Virus record (IMG/VR): IMGVR_UViG_3300033997_000243
Span: 124,001-188,000 of that record
Reading direction: 5' to 3' (one strand)
DNA: 64,000 nucleotides
The notes under the pieces were generated by a model. That model was not told the origin of the DNA. It saw only the letters and a program-made list of their open reading frames with translations, and searched no databases. Shown here piece by piece: positions 1 through 10,185 of the stretch (within the stretch, counting starts at the first letter, position 1; each line of letters begins with the position of its first letter). Position numbers and translations under genes: made by a program.

Positions 1-77
1 TTTTCTATAACACCCGCACTATACGCCCAATTAAACGCTGCTGTACGAATATTTAAAAATTGACCCACTGAATTCAT
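1..77 (-). CDS. hypothetical protein, partial (runs off window start)
   Basis: ATG at 77 preceded by AAGGAAAG; open frame MNSVGQFLNIRTAAFNWAYSAGVIE to the edge. Confidence 0.65.
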   Translation of the reverse strand, partial: MNSVGQFLNIRTAAFNWAYSAGVIE

Positions 78-87
78 TTTTCTTTCC

Positions 88-837
88 TTAGATGAAACAA
101 TCATCAGATCTACTAAACAACTTAGTACCATTTAATGTTTCCACAAATACATAGTTTCTGAAAGTATGCTTGCAGACTGGATGTAATTCTTTTTGTAGCT
201 CAACATTGAAAACACCTGACCAGTATTTCAATAGCTTAACAGGATCAGCTTCATTTGTCTTTACTGCGTCTGCTAACTTTAATCGAATCGCAGCTTTTAA
301 ACAATATTCTTCAAATGATTTACATGCTTGATTCAAGTCAAGATTGTAATGCTCACCAAAAAAGAATTCTTGTTCTTTCTGCACCAAAGAATCAAAATTA
401 GTTAGATCTCCAAAACCAAACACTTTGATGTATACATCTTTTAATTGTTCGTATGAATTCCAACGCAACGTGATTGTCTGTACAAATTCTGGAACTTCAG
501 TTTGAAATTCTACGAATTCTGATGTGTTTGGCATTCGTTTCATTATAATGCTAATAGATATATCTGGATTAGATTGCATTAATAAAACGCTGTGCTTGAA
601 TATGTTTTCTACACGATCAAAACCTAATTCAGAATACACCAATGAAATATGGCCATGATCTTCAGTATCATTACCGCTGTTATACTCAAGCACCGATACA
701 CCGTTATAAGAGTTTATTAAGCGAATAAGTGGAGTTAATGTTGGAGAAATTAAATTGTTAGCCAGATAACGATCCGTTATCTGTTTTCTTTTGAAAAGCA
801 AATCTTCACTTACTCGTAGATAGTCGCAGTGAATCAT
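88..837 (-). CDS. hypothetical protein, degenerate TYW3-like motif (paralog of 13322..13927)
   Basis: Start moved to MIHCDY (GGAG RBS); ISPTLTPLIRLINSYNGVSVLEYNSG aligns with IDPALSDVLHYINTNYGVTSLYSCSG. Confidence 0.7.
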   Translation of the reverse strand: MIHCDYLRVSEDLLFKRKQITDRYLANNLISPTLTPLIRLINSYNGVSVLEYNSGNDTEDHGHISLVYSELGFDRVENIFKHSVLLMQSNPDISISIIMKRMPNTSEFVEFQTEVPEFVQTITLRWNSYEQLKDVYIKVFGFGDLTNFDSLVQKEQEFFFGEHYNLDLNQACKSFEEYCLKAAIRLKLADAVKTNEADPVKLLKYWSGVFNVELQKELHPVCKHTFRNYVFVETLNGTKLFSRSDDCFI

Positions 838-838
838 A

Positions 839-1381
839 TTAAACTCCTTTGGAAACTTTGTTCCAGCGAATTCCTTGGCGTATAATAAAATCTTGCAAAG
901 CCGAAGAATTTTCATTATTCAAGGACATACGTTTTAAAATATCAATATGCTTCATTACAGAGGCTTCTATAACCACCTGAACATTCGCAAATTCATTTTG
1001 CATATCAATATAAGGCGGCCATGTTAAATTGGTAACAATATGTGAAACATTTGGATCTTGAAAACCTAATATTTGTTCGGCATCTGTTAAGTTGTCACTA
1101 ATCTGTTTCGCGCATTTACGAAGTTCATAAGAAATACGTCCAGCCGAAGTTAATTCTGGCAGATAGGTATTATCAAAATACTTTTCACGCGCATTCTCAA
1201 AATCTTGCAGATTAAAATCCTGAGTTAAAACAAGTGCAAGGTTTAGTAAGTTTGTTGTCCAACGGGCAAAATATCTGTAAGACTTTACCGTTGCCTCTAT
1301 TTCAGAAAACTCTTGTTTTGGGGTGTTGGCCTTGTTTTCCGTTTGGGCTGGAACGCGACCTGATTCACTAGCTGAATTCAC
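839..1381 (-). CDS. hypothetical protein
   Basis: Tiles with neighbours; no motif recognised. Confidence 0.8.
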   Translation of the reverse strand: MNSASESGRVPAQTENKANTPKQEFSEIEATVKSYRYFARWTTNLLNLALVLTQDFNLQDFENAREKYFDNTYLPELTSAGRISYELRKCAKQISDNLTDAEQILGFQDPNVSHIVTNLTWPPYIDMQNEFANVQVVIEASVMKHIDILKRMSLNNENSSALQDFIIRQGIRWNKVSKGV

Positions 1382-1382
1382 T

Positions 1383-1979
1383 TTAGTTATCCTGTAAATA
1401 TTTTGATTTGAAGTCCTCTGGATAAATTCCAGAACCGCATAATATCCGCGCTTTAGCTATATTATTAAATATAAGCGCTTTGTTTGGAAATTCTGAAAGC
1501 AAGCTGCATAAATTTTCAGAATGGCGTAGAAGTATTTCTTGTATAAGATAATAAAACTCACTCATTTTTTCAGTGGATAGTGAAGAACATACTTCATGTA
1601 TTAAACTTTCTATATTAACGTCAATGTCGTTGTGTTCTTCACGTTCTGATCTTAATCCACCTACATCAAATAGTACACTTTGCATAACACTGGCCGTATT
1701 TGCCAAACTTTTTAATATTGGAAAATGACCATACAATGCAATTGGGTTCAGACCTTCGATTTCCTCGGCAGCAACCGAACAAATTTTATGAATGTTTTCT
1801 AAATACAACTCAGTTAATTTCTTAAAGCGTTTTTTGGACGATGTATCTGGATCGTCTTTCTCAAGTAAAATACTTTGATATAGCAGATGACACGTTATTG
1901 ACCAGTTTCCGAATTCGTTGAGAACATGAAGGACTTTTTGAATTTGAAGCATCTTCACGAACATTGTTTCTTTTTTCAT
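1383..1979 (-). CDS. hypothetical protein
   Basis: GAGGTGAG RBS; tiles with neighbours. Confidence 0.8.
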   Translation of the reverse strand: MKKETMFVKMLQIQKVLHVLNEFGNWSITCHLLYQSILLEKDDPDTSSKKRFKKLTELYLENIHKICSVAAEEIEGLNPIALYGHFPILKSLANTASVMQSVLFDVGGLRSEREEHNDIDVNIESLIHEVCSSLSTEKMSEFYYLIQEILLRHSENLCSLLSEFPNKALIFNNIAKARILCGSGIYPEDFKSKYLQDN

Positions 1980-1987
1980 TACTCACC

Positions 1988-2542
1988 TCATTTATACTGT
2001 TGACTTGGAACCAATGGACGAGATCTTATTTCCGTAATCTTTTCAGCTACTTTAACGCGAGTTCTGTAAAAAGTTCGGGTGTCGTATATACCGCAGTTGA
2101 AGCAAGTATTTTCAACAAAGAAAGTGCGGCCCCAACGATTATGGATATTGTACCAAATGTGTGCGTAAATATGTTCACGTTTTACAACATTCACAACAAA
2201 ATGTGATTCAGGCGCATTTCTATAAACACCTATAGTCACATAAAGATCTTGCTCTGGTAAGTAAGGGCCAAGAAAATCTTCAAAGTATTTGTAAATATCC
2301 TCAGCAGCAACATCCTTGCTACTTAAATTCATAACCTGAGCTAAGTCCCAAGCGTTATGAATTGTATAGCGCGGAAACCATTTAACGTAAAGCGTGTGAT
2401 CTTCGTGAAGTTTACCTTTGTGATCTTTCCAATCTACAAAGGTTCTGGCGTATCTTGTTAAATAAGCATCTTCACAAATTTCCGTTTCTCGTCGTACAAT
2501 AGTATTTCCAGCACGAAACGGTACAGGTAAGTGCGCGGCCAT
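1988..2542 (-). CDS. hypothetical protein
   Basis: Tiles with neighbours. Confidence 0.8.
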   Translation of the reverse strand: MAAHLPVPFRAGNTIVRRETEICEDAYLTRYARTFVDWKDHKGKLHEDHTLYVKWFPRYTIHNAWDLAQVMNLSSKDVAAEDIYKYFEDFLGPYLPEQDLYVTIGVYRNAPESHFVVNVVKREHIYAHIWYNIHNRWGRTFFVENTCFNCGIYDTRTFYRTRVKVAEKITEIRSRPLVPSQQYK

Positions 2543-2543
2543 T

Positions 2544-3467
2544 TTAGTTCCCTAACAAATTTTGGTCTGTGTTACGAAGAATATAGCGTACAAGATCTTC
2601 ACTTAACTGATGCACAAAAGATTCCCAAAAGATTTGCTTATTTCCATAAAAAACTGTGTGCCTCAACTGATCAGTTATGGCTGAATGTCCAGAGGAAAGA
2701 ATCCTCTTATTATTTTTAAGAGCATCAAATATAAGATCAGATACTTCTCTGTTTATATTGTGACCAAACACATTGACATACAATTCAGATATATCTCGAT
2801 CAAAAAACACGAAGGCAAACTTTCCGTCGCCCGTCGGTAAGAATTCAACAATCTGTTCCAGATTGGAGCGTAAGAATTTTGACTTAACGGTTATCTTGAA
2901 AATTATGCGATCTGGATAATCCAATTTTTGGCCAGAAACTTCATTATGCCAGTAACCATAAGATACTTCTCTTCTTACTTCATCTTGCCAGAAATTTGTA
3001 ACCTGATCAAAATACAACTGGCTATAGGTCGGCATCTTTTTACCGTCAAGACACAAGGTTAGACAATGCTGTAAGAACTCAACACTTGAAAACAAAGCAA
3101 TTGCTTGAGGAACTTGATCGAAAATCTTTGTATTTAATCTGCAACTTGAAACCGTAACCTGAAAATTTTCATGTTCTCTGATTATATTTACGTTTCGATC
3201 TTCTAGATCTTGCCGTTGTGCCATAGTTAAACGGCCTTTAATTAACGGCTGTACTTCTCTAAAATAAGAACAAGCTGAAACGCCTGTAAATTCATTAAAT
3301 GGATTTTCACCAGAAAACATTGTCATTAATGCACTATTAATATGCAACTCTACAATTTTTGGATCTTTATCTTTCTCCGCTGTGTAAAAGTAATTCAAAG
3401 TGTTTGGCAATGGCTGAAAATCTATATCGTTAGTTAATGTAAAGTGTTTGGGATAAACAATTTTCAT
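2544..3467 (-). CDS. hypothetical protein
   Basis: 307 aa ORF, AAGGA RBS. Confidence 0.85.
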   Translation of the reverse strand: MKIVYPKHFTLTNDIDFQPLPNTLNYFYTAEKDKDPKIVELHINSALMTMFSGENPFNEFTGVSACSYFREVQPLIKGRLTMAQRQDLEDRNVNIIREHENFQVTVSSCRLNTKIFDQVPQAIALFSSVEFLQHCLTLCLDGKKMPTYSQLYFDQVTNFWQDEVRREVSYGYWHNEVSGQKLDYPDRIIFKITVKSKFLRSNLEQIVEFLPTGDGKFAFVFFDRDISELYVNVFGHNINREVSDLIFDALKNNKRILSSGHSAITDQLRHTVFYGNKQIFWESFVHQLSEDLVRYILRNTDQNLLGN

Positions 3468-3468
3468 A

Positions 3469-4002
3469 TCAATCCTTGTTGATCATTTGTTCAGTATCTA
3501 TGTAATCAGAGCCACTCAGTTTTTCAGCTAGATATTGATTGTGTTCGATTGATCTTCTGCATTGATCTGTTATCAAATTTGGTGTACATAGTTCCTGATA
3601 AATTTGAGTAAGTTCATAAACACAATCGTTATCCGGCAATCTCTTTAACTGATCCTGTATTATTTCCAACATGGCGAATTCAACGACATCCCGAAGTATA
3701 TTAACTTCTATCATTAATGCACTCATTTGAACTTCTGTATTTTCCAAGAGATTTGCATAAGACAACTTTTCAATTGCTGTTGCCCTAGATTCTTTGTATT
3801 TAGTGACAGGGCTTGGATCACCTAAATGACGACACAGTGCAATAATCAGTCTGCGTAAATTCGCTATTGTTCTTGCAGCTAAATCACGTTCACTTCTGTT
3901 TCTCGCATTGAACTCGATGGGAATCATTTGGGCCATGCAATTGCGTAAAATAGTCTCAGCTATTTGAGTAGCTTTTTGCAACTTGAATTCTCTTCTACTC
4001 AT
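3469..4002 (-). CDS. hypothetical protein
   Basis: GAGGA RBS, overlaps upstream stop. Confidence 0.8.
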   Translation of the reverse strand: MSRREFKLQKATQIAETILRNCMAQMIPIEFNARNRSERDLAARTIANLRRLIIALCRHLGDPSPVTKYKESRATAIEKLSYANLLENTEVQMSALMIEVNILRDVVEFAMLEIIQDQLKRLPDNDCVYELTQIYQELCTPNLITDQCRRSIEHNQYLAEKLSGSDYIDTEQMINKD

Positions 4003-4552
4003 TTGTATTGTCCTCTGTTATAGCCAGAAAAACTGCGGTTGCAGGACAATCAGTTTTTTGATCATTCCTGTATAAGCATCTAACATGACGATCATAACTG
4101 TTAGCAGAAAACATATCAAGTTCATCACCAAAATAGTTTTGTTTGAATTCAGAAGCTGCTTTTCTGAACTTACATTCGGACAAAAGACGATCAAGAATAC
4201 TATTCGTTTCTTTCTCTACTGGCTCTTTTACCGAATTTCCTCTCCGCATTTCATCTGTAATGTTTTCCAGCTTGGAAATATTTGCTTTAATGTTGGCCTC
4301 AAGCATTTGAGCAATAGTTATATTTCCTTGCCAAGTGGTAGCCAATGGCATTTTGCCCTGCATGATACGATCTGCATCTGGAATGTCTTTCTCAATACCT
4401 AACAGAAAATACAATTGCATTTTGATAATAAGATCTGCTTTGCGTAACGCATGTACAAGACGGTTGCTTGATTCCAGAACGGTCAAACCTCTGGCCCGTA
4501 TGTCGGCTTCTTCCATGAAAATTGTTAGTAAGGCATCGTATATATTTTGCAT
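3995..4552 (-). CDS. hypothetical protein
   Basis: Tiles with neighbours. Confidence 0.8.
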   Translation of the reverse strand: MQNIYDALLTIFMEEADIRARGLTVLESSNRLVHALRKADLIIKMQLYFLLGIEKDIPDADRIMQGKMPLATTWQGNITIAQMLEANIKANISKLENITDEMRRGNSVKEPVEKETNSILDRLLSECKFRKAASEFKQNYFGDELDMFSANSYDRHVRCLYRNDQKTDCPATAVFLAITEDNTNE

Positions 4553-4553
4553 T

Positions 4554-5039
4554 TTATTTACCTTTTCCCTTAACTATCTGCACTGGACAGTTGAAATTGT
4601 TTATCAGTAATTGGTGACACTCTGATTGCCATGCTTTGAGAACTTCTGGATCTACATAATTGCCAATTACATTTTCACCATTTTCAAAACTGTTTGGCAA
4701 TCCTTTAGACTGCCAAAATGCTCTGGCATATTGAAATGCAATTTTTGCCAATTCAATGTCAAAGTAGATTTGCATATAATGAATATGCCATCTTGTTACC
4801 AAACCTTGTTTTAGCAGTTTGCCAACTTGCATACGTTCAACCGCACTACTACTGTTGCACAAACATATTTTAGCGCTCCAATAAAAATTGGAGTCTGGAA
4901 CAACACAGAATTTGTCGGTGTCTCTATTGTACAATGTTTTCACGGCTAAAGAATAAAGTTGTTTAATCCATAGCCAGTTCAATAATTCTGTGTTGTTCAC
5001 AGTACACCTCGCAAGATTTATTTTCCGATTACACGCCAA
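4554..5039 (-). CDS. hypothetical protein
   Basis: Tiles with neighbours; start uncertain. Confidence 0.75.
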   Translation of the reverse strand: MACNRKINLARCTVNNTELLNWLWIKQLYSLAVKTLYNRDTDKFCVVPDSNFYWSAKICLCNSSSAVERMQVGKLLKQGLVTRWHIHYMQIYFDIELAKIAFQYARAFWQSKGLPNSFENGENVIGNYVDPEVLKAWQSECHQLLINNFNCPVQIVKGKGK

Positions 5040-5644
5040 AGTCCATGACTTATAGGTTCAATCAAACCTTTGGCTTTCGCCAACTGGATTACACGCTGGA
5101 CATAATTGGCAGCAATCAAGTTATTTTCCAATTTTCCTTCTGCGTTACGTTGAGTAATTGAACTTGGAATACTGATTTGTAATGCAAACTTTTTAAGTTC
5201 CTGCGTTTTAAATGTTTTACCCGACAGCATTTTCGCACGTATCAGTTGTTGCAACTCACGTTTGATCGCATAGCCTTTATATCCAGTTGTGGCGGCACGA
5301 GTACAATAATCCATTGTGAATTCTTCTCGTGCCTTGGACAAATCCATATTAAACTTTTTCAAAAACCACAAATTGTTTTCCCGACTAAAAGACACTAGCC
5401 GACTGACAGCAGCCAAGCCTTTTGTAGCAACATGCTCAGCAATGCACTCACGGCCAATACTATTCTTTTTGCTACGGTATTCAACTTCAATAAATTCTGG
5501 CACACCGACTGATATTAAATGTTGCTTGACATCATCTAAAGTAAATCCCTCTTCAGCAGTTTGTTCTACAAAGTTTCGCACAACCTGTCTTAATTTTTGA
5601 CAAGCTTTATACTCAGTGGCCGTATTATATTTTGGAATTTCCAT
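5018..5644 (-). CDS. putative tandem winged-helix DNA-binding protein
   Basis: C-terminal VQRVIQLAKAKGLIEPISHGLWRV resembles a wHTH recognition helix plus wing (Mrr-N-like); first half ends similarly (LVSFSRENNLWFL). Confidence 0.55.
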   Translation of the reverse strand: MEIPKYNTATEYKACQKLRQVVRNFVEQTAEEGFTLDDVKQHLISVGVPEFIEVEYRSKKNSIGRECIAEHVATKGLAAVSRLVSFSRENNLWFLKKFNMDLSKAREEFTMDYCTRAATTGYKGYAIKRELQQLIRAKMLSGKTFKTQELKKFALQISIPSSITQRNAEGKLENNLIAANYVQRVIQLAKAKGLIEPISHGLWRVIGK

Positions 5645-6377
5645 TTTTCACCTTTTTCTTAATTGGTTTGTAGTAAAGTTCTAGCGCCAGCACATAACTT
5701 TGATTGTTGTTCTTTAGATGTACTGTCCTGAAATGTACTTCGTGTTTTCTTAAAAAGTTTGTCAAGGCCATACGACCAATTCCTTCTTTGAGTTCGTGCG
5801 AAGCTACTCGAATATCAGAAGCTGCTTTTCTCACACATTCATCCAAAGAATCGCCTTTGACCTTTACCTTGATACATTTGACTCTAGTGCTTTGATCGCA
5901 TAAAGATCCAAAATTAGATCCGACCGTACTGCAAATTGTTTTGGCCAGATTCACCGTAAATTGTTGGGCTTTATCTAAAGCTAGATTTACAGTTCCACCT
6001 ACTGTATAGCCAGCTACTTCTTTTGTATCTGGAATCGGACGCTTTAGATCTTTAACATTCAATGACTGTCTTTTATCTTTAGACAAAGCAGTTTGCAGCG
6101 CACGAGCTTTTGGTGCCATCAACGTAACGTCCGAAGATAGTACGCTTACCTGCGAATCTATTGTTACTGGAATTCGTTTTCTCTTCGGCCTTTCTATATC
6201 CTGAATAGCAATGTATTCAGAAAGTGCTTGAATCATTAATACCGCAATTTGTTTATCAATAGGAACCTGCATTGCATGTGCGCTAGGTGTTTTGATTTCT
6301 ATGTGATCTCTTGAATCCAAAGGATCTGATTCAACTTTCACATATCTTTCACCATCAACTTTTTCAATTTTAATCAA
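5625..6377 (-). CDS. hypothetical protein (basic)
   Basis: Start moved to TTG at 6377 after GGAG, which removes a long overlap. Confidence 0.75.
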   Translation of the reverse strand: MIKIEKVDGERYVKVESDPLDSRDHIEIKTPSAHAMQVPIDKQIAVLMIQALSEYIAIQDIERPKRKRIPVTIDSQVSVLSSDVTLMAPKARALQTALSKDKRQSLNVKDLKRPIPDTKEVAGYTVGGTVNLALDKAQQFTVNLAKTICSTVGSNFGSLCDQSTRVKCIKVKVKGDSLDECVRKAASDIRVASHELKEGIGRMALTNFLRKHEVHFRTVHLKNNNQSYVLALELYYKPIKKKVKNGNSKI

Positions 6378-6627
6378 TTTTATTCTCCAACTGTTTACGC
6401 CATTTTCTGTGGTTGCGAACATAGACAATCCACATTGCAATGTTCATTGGCAACAAACCCCAATTTTTACTGAGTATTATCCAAATAAGCCAAAGCACTT
6501 GATTAAATAAACCTATCAGCCAAGCATTGCGATTTAGATTTCCAGCCAACACCGTCTGCCAAATGGATATAGCGGAAAGCAACCACGGCAGGTAGCTAAC
6601 TAGATCTGAAATTGATAAACTAAACAA
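6370..6627 (-). CDS. small 3-TM membrane protein, PnuC (nicotinamide riboside transporter)-like half unit
   Basis: Three hydrophobic segments with AWLIGLFNQVLWLIW...WGLLPMNIAMWIVYVRNHRKWRK, like one PnuC repeat. Confidence 0.55.
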   Translation of the reverse strand: MFSLSISDLVSYLPWLLSAISIWQTVLAGNLNRNAWLIGLFNQVLWLIWIILSKNWGLLPMNIAMWIVYVRNHRKWRKQLENKID

Positions 6628-6982
6628 AGGCGGCCACCGAAATTAAAATAAGAGAAGTAGAGTCAGTTACCAACTTACGCTTTAATATAGAGCTTAAGTA
6701 AAAATCCTCTACTTTTAAGCAGATTATTCCGAGTAGTACACTCAGGCTGCTATACAAAACTAAGGCTTCAACCATGCCTGTATTCGCTTCTGTACCTACA
6801 CGAACCAGCGAAACAACCATCAAAAGTTGGTAAGCAAACAATCCTAATAGAACTGTGCATAACACATCGGAATTGCATTTACTTGTATCTCTTGCTGTAA
6901 ACGCTTCACGCTCTACCTTCATCACAGAGATATAGCCAATAATAGTGGCTATCAAACTGGCTACCAATAAATAAGCTTCCAT
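6620..6982 (-). CDS. hypothetical membrane protein
   Basis: Three or more hydrophobic segments; AAGGA RBS. Confidence 0.8.
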   Translation of the reverse strand: MEAYLLVASLIATIIGYISVMKVEREAFTARDTSKCNSDVLCTVLLGLFAYQLLMVVSLVRVGTEANTGMVEALVLYSSLSVLLGIICLKVEDFYLSSILKRKLVTDSTSLILISVAAFV

Positions 6983-6983
6983 G

Positions 6984-7247
6984 TTATTTCCTTTTATCTA
7001 AGTTGATACCGATCATGATCCAAAGTGGCACACAAACAAAGTTGAGTGTGTACAAATTTGAATCCGATTGCTTAAAAGTTTTGGTGTATATTCCTAACAA
7101 ACGAACTTCTTTGACCTCTTCATCTTCTTCGCCCCAAGTTCCAGATTTTGCTATGTTAATACTTGCACAGCAATTTCCAATCTTTAAAAAGATTTTTATG
7201 AACTCAATAACCAGAGAAAAAGTTTCGTTCCGACTATTTAATTCCAT
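6984..7247 (-). CDS. hypothetical protein
   Basis: AGGA RBS; tiles. Confidence 0.7.
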   Translation of the reverse strand: MELNSRNETFSLVIEFIKIFLKIGNCCASINIAKSGTWGEEDEEVKEVRLLGIYTKTFKQSDSNLYTLNFVCVPLWIMIGINLDKRK

Positions 7248-7318
7248 TGTCTTGTCCTGTGCGAAACATTGTATTTACATGCGAAGTAGCAATTATTGTT
7301 AAAACAAGTAACCACATA

Positions 7319-8653
7319 TTACTTCTTCTCCAAATTTTCTTTTAGTTTGGTCAACATGAATTCTTTCGCTGAATCCAAAGCAGTTGTAACAGTTTCTGTA
7401 GAATTTAATGACGCATTTCTTACGGCCTCACGCATCATAAGCAGTCCAGTTTCGCTATCTTCCAAACATTTGGTCATGCCAGAAGTTAACATGCTGGTAG
7501 CAAAATCGAATACAGAAAGTTCGTGAATAAACTGCATCTTTTTAAAATCTTCGGCAGACAGTGGCTTCCCAGTTTGAAGTGCATCAATAAACTTTTTACG
7601 AGCATCTTCAATAGGATCGACAACAGCTTTTGACTTATGTTCTTCTTGAACATAATCCTTAGATGAATTGAACAGTTGAGATTTAAACAAAATCAGTTTC
7701 TCTATTAAATAAGCTTGAGTCACATTTCCAGCAAACTGAAATTCCTCACCACCTTGCACTTTAGCTGAAAATGCAAGTTTATGCAGTACCAAACAATTGA
7801 ATAGCCAAAGACTATAAGCGTCTTGATCCATTTCCAGTACAGGCTGTGTAGCACCTCTTAAAGTTTCTGCGGCCACTATTAAAGTTTCTACTGCTGTACA
7901 CAAAGATTCATAGCTATTTTGTATAAAAATAGAATCGTAGCCTTCTGTAGATTTAATGGCTGTATTCAAAGTAGATAATACAGAGGCTTTCAGATCATTT
8001 ATTTTACGCAACCCCATTAGTTTTTCCGGTGTAACAAGATTTTTGCTAAAGCTACTATCAAGGAATTTTGAATTGTAATCTGCCACCGATTCATACAGGA
8101 AAATAAAATCTTGCAAAGCATTTCTGCTAAAACCTTGTTCTTCTTTATTTTCCAATCGACTTAACGATGCCTCAATTTCTTTTAAATATTCAATACAGTC
8201 AACTGTAGAATGCAGAATACGAGAATTCGCTACCCTAAAATCTTGATAACGCTGATTCAACTTTTGATTAAACTCAGCTATAGTTTTAGGCTTGAAAAGT
8301 TTTCCAGCTGATATACGGATTTTTGAAATTACATCAAATTTGCCGCTACCTGCCAAGGCTACTGGCGTAGAACTCATTGCTTTATGCAGCAATCCTTTTT
8401 CGTGCATTATGGCGTCAATATCAAAAATGTCATGAGCTGTTATTTCATCACGCTCTGGAATATCAGTAGTCTCATTTTCATCGAATGCAACAAAATGAAT
8501 GTTAGGCAATATATCAAGTATAGATTTTATACCGCTGTTGCTAAAGAGCTTTATAAGCATATCACCAATGGCTGTGATTGTAAAAGATGTGTATTCGCTT
8601 GTCCTGCCATTAGCCAGTGAAATAGCGGTAGCATAAAGATGATTCAGTTTCAT
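7319..8653 (-). CDS. hypothetical protein (largely helical)
   Basis: 444 aa ORF, GGAG RBS. Confidence 0.9.
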   Translation of the reverse strand: MKLNHLYATAISLANGRTSEYTSFTITAIGDMLIKLFSNSGIKSILDILPNIHFVAFDENETTDIPERDEITAHDIFDIDAIMHEKGLLHKAMSSTPVALAGSGKFDVISKIRISAGKLFKPKTIAEFNQKLNQRYQDFRVANSRILHSTVDCIEYLKEIEASLSRLENKEEQGFSRNALQDFIFLYESVADYNSKFLDSSFSKNLVTPEKLMGLRKINDLKASVLSTLNTAIKSTEGYDSIFIQNSYESLCTAVETLIVAAETLRGATQPVLEMDQDAYSLWLFNCLVLHKLAFSAKVQGGEEFQFAGNVTQAYLIEKLILFKSQLFNSSKDYVQEEHKSKAVVDPIEDARKKFIDALQTGKPLSAEDFKKMQFIHELSVFDFATSMLTSGMTKCLEDSETGLLMMREAVRNASLNSTETVTTALDSAKEFMLTKLKENLEKK

Positions 8654-8665
8654 AAATTTTGCTCC

Positions 8666-8705
8666 AAAAATAGAAATAGGGAACCAGAAATAATCCAGCT
8701 CCCTA
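8666..8705 (-). terminator. intrinsic terminator-like hairpin
   Basis: UAGGGAGCUGG/CUGGUUCCCUA stem followed by UUUCUAUUUUU on the minus strand. Confidence 0.65.
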
Positions 8706-8714
8706 GTTAATAGT

Positions 8715-8725
8715 TGATTTACAGT
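8715..8725 (-). promoter_or_regulatory. ACTGTAAATCA intergenic motif, copy 1
   Basis: Exact 11-mer in four intergenic gaps just after stop codons. Confidence 0.55.
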
Positions 8726-9043
8726 TTAGATAAGACTTGATGGCTTAACGATTTCGGTAAATGTTTTACCCTCAAACTTTTTAATATAGTTTTCGTAGTC
8801 CTCTGGCCGCATGTTTAAAACCTGAGTCTTACCGTCCCAAAGGCGTCGAGTGAAATACATATGCCATTTGCCAGCACTTTTATCAACTTCACCGCTTTTA
8901 TAGTGTGTTGGTGTGCAAGCTGAACATAATGCAGTACCATCTGGAATATCACAAACTTTTTTATGATTGTCGAAACGTGTCCACCAGTTACCACAGCCTG
9001 TATTTTCTACGCAACCACAAACTTCGCAAACAAACATTGGCAT
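8726..9043 (-). CDS. Cys-rich putative zinc-binding protein
   Basis: FVCEVCGCVENTGC ... LCSAC ... GKWH pattern. Confidence 0.7.
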   Translation of the reverse strand: MPMFVCEVCGCVENTGCGNWWTRFDNHKKVCDIPDGTALCSACTPTHYKSGEVDKSAGKWHMYFTRRLWDGKTQVLNMRPEDYENYIKKFEGKTFTEIVKPSSLI

Positions 9044-9045
9044 AG

Positions 9046-10167
9046 TTACACCATTGAGATCCAGTTTAAGTGTGACATAAATTCTTTTGGATAAGAACGA
9101 CCTTGCGATAACGCTTTATGCCAAATATCCAGCTTTATTTTTTCAGACAAAGGCACTCGAACCATTACAGAAAATTCGTTTGAAAAATCCCGCCAGTGTT
9201 TTGCAATTTCCATAATGCAATGTATTGCTTCTCTTGTCTCTGGTATAGAATCTTCTTTGCCACAAACGCGAACAAGTTTATCTACTAAAATGTAAAATTC
9301 TTGTGCGCGAATAATTCCGTGCGAAGTTGAAAAGTGATCTCTCGCAGACACCGAAAAATCTTTGACCTCAACCTGTTTAAAAAATCTACGCATTACATAA
9401 AACACATAAAGCGGAATGTGAATAACACAACCTGAAAATATATCCGCTTTATGTTGCTTTAAAAAATCCTTTAAAGTCTTTTCGTGTCCCATGATAGGAG
9501 TCCAAGACCCAAAGTTAACACTTAAAGCTTGAGCAGTCTTTTCTATTTGTTCTTCAGTCAACTTTAAAAGCTCGTCGGCAAAGATTCCTGTTTTAGATCT
9601 AAGCACTTGTTTTTTGTAAGGCGTGATATTGCAAAAGGCCATATCGTTGAAAAATCCGTTAGCCTTTTCGTACACACCTAAAAGCACAGCCATGTATGGT
9701 CTATAATCGATACGTTCACTATGAACAATAGCGAATCGTATTAGATCCAGATCACTAAAAGAAAAGTTTAATGCGTATTCTGGATTGACTTTATTGTCCA
9801 CACTTAAAAATTGATGAATCAGTTGAATACGCATTGACGTTAGTTTACGGTTATCCAAGTGATCTAACCAGCGCGACATAGAGATAATTTCAAGACGCTT
9901 AACCTGATTGTCTTGCATAAGCATCTTGATTAAAAAGTTTTCTTCTGCATCAGATGTTAAACCTTTATCTGTTGCAAAAGCAAGATTTGTGACATTTAGA
10001 TCGCCAAGAGCATTTAGAATTCTTGATGGAATTCCTTCACTCACATAACAGGCAACCATATCACGTTCGTAGGTTATGCCAAATAGTAAGTTGTGTTCTT
10101 TATCCACGACAAGAAAGCGTGGCTCTACAGGTAAATCAATTAAATGAATGTGACCTAAAAAGTGCAT
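9046..10167 (-). CDS. hypothetical protein
   Basis: 373 aa; AGAGGATATT-ATG RBS. Confidence 0.9.
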   Translation of the reverse strand: MHFLGHIHLIDLPVEPRFLVVDKEHNLLFGITYERDMVACYVSEGIPSRILNALGDLNVTNLAFATDKGLTSDAEENFLIKMLMQDNQVKRLEIISMSRWLDHLDNRKLTSMRIQLIHQFLSVDNKVNPEYALNFSFSDLDLIRFAIVHSERIDYRPYMAVLLGVYEKANGFFNDMAFCNITPYKKQVLRSKTGIFADELLKLTEEQIEKTAQALSVNFGSWTPIMGHEKTLKDFLKQHKADIFSGCVIHIPLYVFYVMRRFFKQVEVKDFSVSARDHFSTSHGIIRAQEFYILVDKLVRVCGKEDSIPETREAIHCIMEIAKHWRDFSNEFSVMVRVPLSEKIKLDIWHKALSQGRSYPKEFMSHLNWISMV

Positions 10168-10185
10168 AATATCCTCTCCACAGTT

